DNA of 64,000 nt from Amphiscolops sp. MND2022. Lineage: Eukaryota. Each line of letters begins with the position of its first letter. Positions within the stretch are counted from its first letter, which is position 1. The stretch covers positions 47,678,001-47,742,000 of the forward strand of contig OZ076416.1 in NCBI GenBank assembly GCA_964187785.1. The letters run 5' to 3'. Shown one piece after another: positions 41,201 through 53,200 of this stretch. A model generated the notes under the pieces. That model made no database searches and was not told the origin of the DNA. It saw only the letters and a list, made by a program, of their open reading frames with translations. The position numbers and the translations under genes are program-made.

Positions 41201-44200
41201 GACTCTGTAAAACAGAAGACTATCGATGTAATGAATCTGGAAAACTTCTAATGCTCCTATGCTTGAGTAGTCTCAACTGGATGACTGAGTCAAAAAGCAG
41301 GATTGCGCTCGCGGTCGGAATCGATCTCAATTTACAGTGTTCTGAAGGCCGAAAAGGTGCAGAAGTAACTAGAAGTAACCGCTAAGCTAGCCTGCTTGAA
41401 AATTCAACCTTTTGTGAGAACAAAAGAAGACATCGAATTGAGTTTGCGAGATCTTCGGGAAGCAACTTCAACACTTTGTTCTGCTATCCAGAGTGAACTG
41501 CAGAAACAAACTAAAGGCAAGGTGAATTAATCATTTTAGAGGGCATGAATAACGTTTTACCGGTTAACATCCTCATCGGGAAAGAAGCATTGGAGACTTG
41601 TCCTGAACAACTCCAGTTGCCAGTTTCGCTTCAATTGAGGGCTCAATACCAGTGAGGTCTTGCACTTCTCTCTGACCTCAGAATCTAAGGATGGACTTAC
41701 AAAATGTTTTCAAGGAAGTGCATTGATTTCCTTGTCGTCGAAGAAAAAACCGTGCATATGAAACTTTGTTTGACGGAATGGATGCGATTTTAAAACCTTG
41801 ATAGGTTTTCTTGAAACTTCAAAAAACTATGCTTGACCAGTGTTTCTTTCCGGACCGTTTGCATACGTGCCCTCACTCTATCAAGCGCGATAGACTCTGT
41901 AAAACAGAAGACTATCGATGTAATGAATCTGGAAAACTTCTAATGCTCCTGTGCTTGAGTAATCTCACCTGGATGACTGAGTCAAAAAGCAGGATTGCGC
42001 TCGCGGTCGGAATCGATCTCAATTTACAGTGTTCTGAAGGCCGAAAAGGTGCAGAAGTAACTAGAAGTAACCGCTAAGCTAGCCTGCTTGAAAATTCAAC
42101 CTTTTGTGAGAACAAAAGAAGACATCGAATTGAGTTTGCGAGATCTTCGGGAAGCAACTTCAACACTTTGTTCTGCTATCCAGAGTGAACTGCAGAAACA
42201 AACTAAAGGCAAGGTGAATTAATCATTTTAGAGGGCATGAATAACGTTTTACCGGTTAACATCCTCATCGGGAAAGAAGCATTGGAGACTTGTCCTGAAC
42301 AACTCCAGTTGCCAGTTTCGCTTCAATTGAGGGCTCAATACCAGTGAGGTCTTGCACTTCTCTCGGACCTGAGAATCTAAGGATGGACTTACAAAATGTT
42401 TTCAAGGAAGTGCATTGATTTCCTTGTCGTCGAAGAAAAAACCGTGCATATGAAACTTTGTTTGACGGAATGGATGCGATTTTAAAACCTTGATAGGTTT
42501 TCTTGAAACATCAAAAAACTATGCTTGACCAGTGTTTCTTTCCGGACCGTTTGCATACGTGCCCTCACTCTATCAAGCGCGATAGACTCTGTAAAACAGA
42601 AGACTATCGATGTAATGAATCTGGAAAACTTCTAATGCTCCTGTGCTTGAGTAATCTCAACTGGATGACTGAGTCAAAAAGCAGGATTGCGCTCGCGGTC
42701 GGAATCGATCTCAATTTACAGTGTTCTGAAGGCCGAAAAGGTGCAGCAGTAACTAGAAGAAACCGCTAAGCTAGCCTGCTCGAAAATTCAACCTTTTGTG
42801 AGAACAAAAGAAGACATCGAATTGAGTTTGCGAGATCTTCGGGAAGCAACTTCAACACTTTGTTCTGCTATCTAGAGTGAACTGCAGAAACAAATTAAAG
42901 GCAAGGTGAAATAATCATTTTAAAGGGCATGAATAACGTTTTACCGGTTAACATCCTCATCGGGTAGGAAGCATTGGAGACTTGTCCTGAACGACTCCGG
43001 TTGCCAGTTTCGCTTCAATTGAGGGCTCAATACCAGTGAGGTCTTGCTTTTCTCTCGGACCTGAGAATCTAAGGATGGACTTACAAAATGTTTTCAAGGA
43101 AGTGTATTGATTTCCTTGTCGTCGAAGAAAAAACCGTGCATATGAAACTTTTTTTGACGGAATGGATGCGATTTTAAAACCTTGATAGGTTTTCTTGAAA
43201 CTTCAAAAAACTATGCTTGACCAGTGTTTCTTTCCGGACCGTTTGCATACGTGCCGTCACTCTATCAAGCGCGATAGACTCTGTAAAACAGAAGACTATC
43301 GATGTAATGAATCTGGAAAACTTCTAATGCTCCTGTGCTTGAGTAATCTCTACTGAATGACAGAGTCAAAAAACAGGATTGCGCTCGCGGTCGGAATCGA
43401 TCTCAATTTACAGTGTTCTGAAGGCCGAAAAGGTGCAGAAGTAACTAGAAGTAACCGCTAAGCTAGCCTGCTTGAAAATTCAACCTTTTGTGAGAACAAA
43501 AGAAGACATCGAATTGAGTTTGCGAGATCTTCGGGAAGCAACTTCAACACTTTGTTCTGCTATCTAGAGTGAACTGCAGAAACAAATTAAAGGCAAGGTG
43601 AATTAATCATTTTAAAGGGCATGAATAACGTTTTACCGGTTAACATCCTCATCGGGTAAGAAGCATTGGAGACTTGTCCTGAACGACTCCGGTTGCCAGT
43701 TTCGCTTCAATTGAGGGCTCAATACCAGTGAGGTCTTGCTTTTCTCTCGGACTTGAGAATCTAAGGATGGACTTACAAAATGTTTTCAAGGAAGTGCATT
43801 GATTTCCTTGTCGTCGAAGAAAAAACTGTGCATATGAAACTTTGTTTGACGGAATGGATGCGATTTTAAAACCTTGATAGGTTTTCTTGAAACTTCAAAA
43901 AACTATGCTTGACCAGTGTTTCTTTCCGGACCGTTTGCATACGTGCCCTCACTCTATCAAGCGCGATAGACTCTGTAAAACAGAAGACTATCAATGTAAT
44001 GAATCTGGAAAACTTCTAATGCTCCTATGCTTGAGTAAGCTCAACTGGATTACTGAGTCCAAAAGCAGGATTGCGCTCGTGAACAGAATCGATCTCAGTT
44101 TACAAAGTTCTGAAGGCCGAAAAGGTGCAGAAGTAACTAGAAGTAACCGCTAAGCTAGCCTGCTTGAAAATTCAACCTTTTGTGAGAACAAAAGAAGACA

Positions 44201-47200
44201 TCGAATTGAGTTTGCGAGATCTTCGGGAAGCAACTTCAACACTTTGTTCTGCTATCCAGAGTGAACTGCAGAAACAAACTAAAGGCAAGGTGAATTAATC
44301 ATTTTAGAGGGCATGAATAACGTTTTACCGGTTAACATCCTCATCGGGAAAGAAGCATTGGAGACTTGTCCTGAACAACTCCAGTTGCCAGTTTCGCTTC
44401 AATTGAGGGCTCAATACCAGTGAGGTCTTGCACTTCTCTCGGACCTGAGAATCTAAGGATGGACTTACAAAATGTTTTCAAGGAAGTGCATTGATTTCCT
44501 TGTCGAAGAAAAAACCGTGCATATGAAACTTTGTTTGACGGAATGGATGCGATTTTAAAACCTTGATAGGTTTTCTTGAAACATCAAAAAACTATGCTTG
44601 ACCAGTGTTTCTTTCCGGACCGTTTGCATACGTGCCCTCACTCTATCAAGCGCGATAGACTCTGTAAAACAGAAGACTATCGATGTAATGAATCTGGAAA
44701 ACTTCTAATGCTCCTGTGCTTGAGTAATCTCAACTGGATGACTGAGTCAAAAAGCAGGATTGCGCTCGCGGTCGGAATCGATCTCAATTTACAGTGTTCT
44801 GAAGGCCGAAAAGGTGCAGCAGTAACTAGAAGTAACCGCTAAGCTAGCCTGCTCGAAAATTCAACCTTTTGTGAGAACAAAAGAAGACATCGAATTGAGT
44901 TTGCGAGATCTTCGGGAAGCAACTTCAACACTTTGTTCTGCTATCTAGAGTGAACTGCAGAAACAAATTAAAGGCAAGGTGAAATAATCATTTTAAAGGG
45001 CATGAATAACGTTTTACCGGTTAACATCCTCATCGGGTAAGAAGCATTGGAGACTTGTCCTGAACGACTCCGGTTGCCAGTTTCGCTTCAATTGAGGGCT
45101 CAATACCAGTGAGGTCTTGCTTTTCTCTCGGACCTGAGAATCTAAGGATGGACTTACAAAATGTTTTCAAGGAAGTGTATTGATTTCCTTGTCGTCGAAG
45201 AAAAAACCGTGCATATGAAACTTTTTTTGACGGAATGGATGCGATTTTAAAACCTTGATAGGTTTTCTTGAAACTTCAAAAAACTATGCTTGACCAGTGT
45301 TTCTTTCCGGACCGTTTGCATACGTGCCGTCACTCTATCAAGCGCGAAAGACTCTGTAAAACAGAAGACTATCGATGTAATGAATCTGGAAAACTTCTAA
45401 TGCTCCTGTGCTTGAGTAATCTCTACTGAATGACAGAGTCAAAAAACAGGATTGCGCTCGCGGTCGGAATCGATCTCAATTTACAGTGTTCTGAAGGCCG
45501 AAAAGGTGCAGAAGTAACTAGAAGTAACCGCTAAGCTAGCCTGCTTGAAAATTCAACCTTTTGTGAGAACAAAAGAAGACATCGAATTGAGTTTGCGAGA
45601 TCTTCGGGAAGCAACTTCAACACTTTGTTCTGCTATCTAGAGTGAACTGCAGAAACAAATTAAAGGCAAGGTGAATTAATCATTTTAAAGGGCATGAATA
45701 ACGTTTTACCGGTTAACATCCTCATCGGGTAAGAAGCATTGGAGACTTGTCCTGAACGACTCCGGTTGCCAGTTTCGCTTCAATTGAGGGCTCAATACCA
45801 GTGAGGTCTTGCTTTTCTCTCGGACTTGAGAATCTAAGGATGGACTTACAAAATGTTTTCAAGGAAGTGCATTGATTTCCTTGTCGTCGAAGAAAAAACT
45901 GTGCATATGAAACTTTGTTTGACGGAATGGATGCGATTTTAAAACCTTGATAGGTTTTCTTGAAACTTCAAAAAACTATGCTTGACCAGTGTTTCTTTCC
46001 GGACCGTTTGCATACGTGCCCTCACTCTATCAAGCGCGATAGACTCTGTAAAACAGAAGACTATCAATGTAATGAATCTGGAAAACTTCTAATGCTCCTA
46101 TGCTTGAGTAAGCTCAACTGGATTACTGAGTCAAAAAGCAGGATTGCGCTCGTGAACAGAATCGATCTCAGTTTACAAAGTTCTGAAGGCCGAAAAGGTG
46201 CAGAAGTAACTAGAAGTAACCGCTAAGCTAGCCTGCTTGAAAATTCAACCTTTTGTGAGAAAAACAGAAGAAATCGAACTGAGTTTGCGAGATCTTCGGG
46301 AGGCAACTTCAGGACTTTGTTCTGCTATCTAAAGTGAACTGCAGAAACAAACTAAAGGCAAGGAGAATTAAATATTTTAAAGGGCATGAATAACGTTTTA
46401 CCGGTTAACATCCTCATCGGGAAAGAAGCATTGGAGACTTGTCATGAACATTGTTTGACGGAATGGATGAAATTCTAAAACCTTGATAGGTTTTCTTGAA
46501 ACTTCAAAAAACTATGCTTGACCAGTGTTTCTTTCCGGACAGTTTGCAAACGTGCCCTCACTCTATCAAGCGCGATAGACTCTGTAAAACAGAAGACTAT
46601 CGATGTAATGAATCTGGAAAACTTCTAATGCTCCTGTGCTTGAGTAATCTCTACTGGATGACTGAGTCAAAAAGCAGGATTGCGCTCGCGGTCGGAATCG
46701 ATCTCAATTTACAGTGTTCTGAAGGCCGAAAAGGTGCAGAAGTAACTAGAAGTAACCGCTAAGCTAGCCTGCTTGAAAATTCAACCTTTTGTGAGAACAA
46801 AAGAAGACATCGAATTGAGTTTGCGAGATCTTCGGGAAGCAACTTCAACACTTTGTTCTGCTATCTAGAGTGAACTGCAGAAACAAATTAAAGGCAAGGT
46901 GAATTAATCATTTTAAAGGGCATGAATAACGTTTTACCGGTTAACATCCTCATCGGGTAAGAAGCATTGGAGACTTGTCCTGAACGACTCCGGTTGCCAG
47001 TTTCGCTTCAATTGAGGGCTCAATACCAGTGAGGTCTTGCTTTTCTCTCGGACTTGAGAATCTAAGGATGGACTTACAAAATGTTTTCAAGGAAGTGCAT
47101 TGATTTCCTTGTCGTCGAAGAAAAAACTGTGCATATGAAACTTTGTTTGACGGAATGGATGCGATTTTAAAACCTTGATAGGTTTTCTTGAAACTTCAAA

Positions 47201-50200
47201 AAACTATGCTTGACCAGTGTTCCTTTCCGGACCGTTTGCATACGTGCCCTCACTCTATCAAGCGCGATAGACTCTGTAAAACAGAAGACTATCAATGTAA
47301 TGAATCTGGAAAACTTCTAATGCTCCTATGCTTGAGTAAGCTCAACTGGATTACTGAGTCAAAAAGCAGGATTGCGCTCGTGAACAGAATCGATCTCAGT
47401 TTACAAAGTTCTGAAGGCCGAAAAGGTGCAGAAGTAACTAGAAGTAACCGCTAAGCTAGCCTGCTTGAAAATTCAACCTTTTGTGAGAAAAACAGAAGAA
47501 ATCGAACTGAGTTTGCGAGATCTTCGGGAGGCAACTTCAGGACTTTGTTCTGCTATCTAAAGTGAACTGCAGAAACAAACTAAAGGCAAGGAGAATTAAA
47601 TATTTTAAAGGGCATGAATAACGTTTTACCGGTTAACATCCTCATCGGGAAAGAAGCATTGGAGACTTGTCATGAACATTGTTTGACGGAATGGATGAAA
47701 TTCTAAAACCTTGATAGGTTTTCTTGAAACTTCAAAAAACTATGCTTGACCAGTGTTTCTTTCCGGACAGTTTGCAAACGTGCCCTCACTCTATCAAGCG
47801 CGATAGACTCTGTAAAACAGAAGACTATCGATGTAATGAATCTGGAAAACTTCTAATGCTCCTGTGCTTGAGTAATCTCTACTGGATGACTGAGTCAAAA
47901 AGCAGGATTGCGCTCGCGGTCGGAATCGATCTCAATTTACAGTGTTCTGAAGGCCGAAAAGGTGCAGAAGTAACTAGAAGTAACCGCTAAGCTAGCCTGC
48001 TTGAAAATTCAACCTTTTGTGAGAACAAAAGAAGACATCGAATTGAGTTTGCGAGATCTTCGGGAAGCAACTTCAACACTTTGTTCTGCTATCTAGAGTG
48101 AACTGCAGAAACAAATTAAAGGCAAGGTGAATTAATCATTTTAAAGGGCATGAATAACGTTTTACCGGTTAACATCCTCATCGGGTAAGAAGCATTGGAG
48201 ACTTGTCCTGAACGACTCCGGTTGCCAGTTTCGCTTCAATTGATGGCTCAATACCAGTGAGGTCTTGCTTTTCTCTCGGACCTGAGAATCTAAGGATGGA
48301 CTTACAAAATGTTTTCAAGGAAGTGCATTGATTTCCTTGTCGTCGAAGAAAAAACCGTGCATATGAAACTTTGTTTGACGGAATGGATGCGATTTTAAAA
48401 CCTTGATAGGTTTTCTTGAAACTTCAAAAAACTATGCTTGACCAGTGTTTCTTTCCGGACCGTTTGCATACGTGCCCTCACTCTATCAAGCGCGATAGAC
48501 TCTGTAAAACAGAAGACTATCAATGTAATGAATCTGGAAAACTTCTAATGCTCCTATGCTTGAGTAATCTCAACTGGATTACTGAGTCAAAAAGCAGGAT
48601 TGCGCTCGCGAACAGAATCGATCTCAGTTTACAAAGTTCTGAAGGCCGAAAAGGTGCCGAAGTAACTAGAAGTAACCGCTAAGCTAGCCTGCTTGAAAAT
48701 TCAACCTTTTGTGAGAAAAACAGAAGAAATCGAATTGAGTTTGCGAGATCTTCGGGAGGCAACTTCAGGACTTTGTTCTGCTATCTAAAGTGAACTGCAG
48801 AAACAAACTAAAGGCAAGGAGAATAAAATATTTTAAAGGGCTTGAAAAACGTTTTACCGGTTAACATCCTCATCGGGAAAGAAGCATTGGACACTTGTCC
48901 TGAACAACACCAGTTGCCTGTTTCGCTTCAATTGAGGGCTCAATACCAGTGAGGTCTTGCACTTCTCTCGGACCTGAGAATCTAAGGATGGACTTACAAA
49001 ATATTTTCAAGGAAGTGCATTGATTTCCTTGTCGTCGAAGAAAAAACCGTGCATATGAAACTTTGTTTGACGGAATGGATGCGATTTTAAATCCTTGATA
49101 GGTTTTCTTGAAACTTCAAAAAACTATGCTTGACCAGTGTTTCTTTCCGGACCGTTTGTATACGTGCCCTCACTCTATCAAGCGCGATAGACTCTGTAAA
49201 ACAGAAGACTATCGATGTAATGAATCTGGAAAACTTCTAATGCTCCTATGCTTGAGTAATCTCAACTGGATGACTGAGTCAAAAAGCAGGATTGCGCTCG
49301 CGGTCGAAATCGATCTCAATTTACACTGTTCTGAAGGCCGAAAAGGTGCAGAAGTAACTAGAAGTAACCGCTAAGGTAGCCTGCTTGAAAATTAAACCTT
49401 TTGTGAGAACAAAAGAAGAAATCGAATTGAGTTTGCGAGATCTTCGGGAAGCAACTTCAACACTTTGTTCTGCTATCCAGAGTGAACTGCAGAAACAAAT
49501 TAAAGGCAAGTTGAATTATTCATTTTAGAGTGCATGAATAACGTTTTACCGGTTACCATCCTCATCGGGAAAGAAGCATTGGAGACTTGTCCTGAACGAC
49601 TGCGGTTGCCAGTTTCGCTTCAATTGAGGGCTCAATACCAGTGAGGTCTTGCACTTCTCTCTGACCTGATAATCTAAGGATGGACTTACAAAATGTTTTC
49701 AAGGAAGTGCATTGATTTCCTTGTCGTCGAATCAAAAACCGTGCTTATGAAACTTTGTTTGACGGAATGGATGCGATTTTAAAACCTTGATAGGTTTTCT
49801 TGAAACTTCAAAAAACTATGCTTGACCAGTGTTTCTTTCCGGACCGTTTGCATACGTGCCCTCACTCTATCAAGTGCGATAGACTCTGTAAACCAGAAGA
49901 CGATCGATGTAATGAATCTGGAAAACTTCTATTGCTCCTATGCTTGAGTAATCTCAACTGGATGACTGAGTCAAAAAGCAGGATTGCGCTCGCGGTCGAA
50001 ATCGATCTCAATTTACACTGTTCTGAAGGCCAAAAAGGTGCAGAAGTAACTAGAAGTAACCGCTAAGGTAGCCTGCTTGAAAATGCATTCTTTTGTGAGA
50101 ACAAAAGAAGACGTCGAATTGAGTTTGCGAGATCTTCGGGAAGCAACTTCAACACTTTGTTCTGCTATCCAGAGTGAACTGCAGAAACAAATTAAAGGCA

Positions 50201-53200
50201 AGTTGAATTATTCATTTTAGAGTGCATGAATAACGTTTTACCGGTTACCATTCTCATCGGGAAAGAAGCATTGGAGACTTGTCCTGAACGACTGCGGTTG
50301 CCAGTTTCGCTTCAATTGAGGGCTCAATACCAGTGAGGTCTTGCACTTCTCTCTGACCTGATAATCTAAGGATGGACTTACAAAATGTTTTCAAGGAAGT
50401 GCATTGATTTCCTTGTCGTCGAATCAAAAACCGTGCTTATGAAACTTTGTTTGACGGAATGGATGCGATATTAAAACCTTGATAGGTTTTCTTGAAACTT
50501 CAAAAAACTATGCTTGACCAGTGTTTTTTTCCGGACCGTTTGAATACGTGCCCTCACTCTATCAAGCTTGATAGACTCTGTAAAACAGAAGACTATCGAT
50601 GTAATTAATCTGGAAAACTTCTAATGCTCCTATGCTTGAAAAACCTCAACTGGATGACTGAGTCAAGAAGCAGGATTACGCTTGCGGTCGGAATCGATCT
50701 CAGTTTACAATGTTCTGAAGGCCGAAAAGGTGCAGAAGAAACTAGAAGTAACCGCTAAGCTAGCCTGCTTGAAAATTCAATTTTTTGTGAGAAAAAAAAA
50801 GAAGAAATCGAATTGAGTTTGCGAGATCTTCGGGGGGCAACTTCAGGACTTTGTTCTGCTATCTAAAGTGAACTGCAGAAACAAACTAAAGGCAAGGAGA
50901 ATAAAATATTTTAAAGGGCTTGAAAAACGTTTTACCGGTTAACATCCTCATCGGGAAAGAAGCATTGGACACTTGTCCTGAACAACACCAGTTGCCAGTT
51001 TCGCTTCAATTGAGGGCTCAATACCAGTGAGGTCTTGCACTTCTCTCGGACCTGAGAATCTAAGGATGGACTTACAAAATATTTTCAAGGAAGTGCATTG
51101 ATTTCCTTGTCGTCGAAGAAAAAACCGTGCATATGAAACTTTGTTTGACGGAATGGATGCGATTTTAAATCCTTGATAGGTTTTCTTGAAACTTCAAAAA
51201 ACTATGCTTGACCAGTGTTTCTTTCCGGACCGTTTGTATACGTGCCCTCACTCTATCAAGCGCGATAGACTCTGTAAAACAGAAGACTATCGATGTAATG
51301 AATCTGGAAAACTTCTAATGCTCCTATGCTTGAGTAATCTCAACTGGATGACTGAGTCAAAAAGCAGGATTGCGCTCGCGGTCGGAATCGATCTCAATTT
51401 ACACTGTTCTGAAGGCCGAAAAGGTGCAGAAGTAACTAGAAGTAACCGCTAAGGTAGCCTGCTTGAAAATTAAACCTTTTGTGAGAACAAAAGAAGAAAT
51501 CGAATTGAGTTTGCGAGATCTTCGGGAAGCAACTTCAACACTTTGTTCTGCTATCCAGAGTGAACTGCAGAAACAAATTAAAGGCAAGTTGAATTATTCA
51601 TTTTAGAGTGCATGAATAACGTTTTACCGGTTACCATCCTCATCGGGAAAGAAGCATTGGAGACTTGTCCTGAACGACTGCGGTTGCCAGTTTCGCTTCA
51701 ATTGAGGGCTCAATACCAGTGAGGTCTTGCACTTCTCTCTGACCTGATAATCTAAGGATGGACTTACAAAATGTTTTCAAGGAAGTGCATTGATTTCCTT
51801 GTCGTCGAATCAAAAACCGTGCTTATGAAACTTTGTTTGACGGAATGGATGCGATTTTAAAACCTTGATAGGTTTTCTTGAAACTTCAAAAAACTATGCT
51901 TGACCAGTGTTTCTTTCCGGACCGTTTGCATACGTGCCCTCACTCTATCAAGTGCGATAGACTCTGTAAACCAGAAGACGATCGATGTAATGAATCTGGA
52001 AAACTTCTATTGCTCCTATGCTTGAGTAATCTCAACTGGATGACTGAGTCAAAAAGCAGGATTGCGCTCGCGGTCGAAATCGATCTCAATTTACACTGTT
52101 CTGAAGGCCAAAAAGGTGCAGAAGTAACTAGAAGTAACCGCTAAGGTAGCCTGCTTGAAAATGCATTCTTTTGTGAGAACAAAAGAAGACGTCGAATTGA
52201 GTTTGCGAGATCTTCGGGAAGCAACTTCAACACTTTGTTCTGCTATCCAGAGTGAACTGCAGAAACAAATTAAAGGCAAGTTGAATTATTCATTTTAGAG
52301 TGCATGAATAACGTTTTACCGGTTACCATTCTCATCGGGAAAGAAGCATTGGAGACTTGTCCTGAACGACTGCGGTTGCCAGTTTCGCTTCAATTGAGGG
52401 CTCAATACCAGTGAGGTCTTGCACTTCTCTCTGACCTGATAATCTAAGGATGGACTTACAAAATGTTTTCAAGGAAGTGCATTGATTTCCTTGTCGTCGA
52501 ATCAAAAACCGTGCTTATGAAACTTTGTTTGACGGAATGGATGCGATTTTAAAACCTTGATAGGTTTTCTTGAAACTTCAAAAAACTATGCTTGACCAGT
52601 GTTTTTTTCCGGACCGTTTGAATACGTGCCCTCACTCTATCAAGCTTGATAGACTCTGTAAAACAGAAGACTATCGATGTAATTAATCTGGAAAACTTCT
52701 AATGCTCCTATGCTTGAAAAACCTCAACTGGATGACTGAGTCAAGAAGCAGGATTACGCTTGCGGTCGGAATCGATCTCAGTTTACAATGTTCTGAAGGC
52801 CGAAAAGGTGCAGAAGAAACTAGAAGTAACCGCTAAGCTAGCCTGCCTGAAAATTCAATTTTTTGTGAGAAAAAAAAGAAGAAATCGAATTGAGTTTGCG
52901 AGATCTTCGGGGGGCAACTTCAAGACTTTGTTCTGCTATCTAAAGTGAACTGCAGAAACAAATTAAAGGCAAGGTGAATTAATCATTTTAAAGGGCATGA
53001 AAAACGTTTTACCGGTTAACATCCTCATCGGGTAAGAAGCATTGGAGACTTGTCCTGAACGACTCCGGTTGCCAGTTTCGCTTCAATTGAGGGCTCAATA
53101 CCAGTGAGGTCTTGCTTTTCTCTCGGACCTGAGAATCTAAGGATGGACTTACAAAATGTTTTCAAAGAAGTGCATTGATTTCCTTGTCGTCGAAGAAAAA

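Noticed and set aside
41330-41385. CTGAAGGCCGAAAAGGTGCAGAAG resembles a hammerhead ribozyme core, as found in some satellites
   Set aside because: It lacks the required CUGAnGA and the following GAAA, and no stems I and III could be formed.
42000-42095. Possible tRNA gene in the satellite monomer
   Set aside because: Only box-like motifs match; the T-stem and acceptor stem do not pair.
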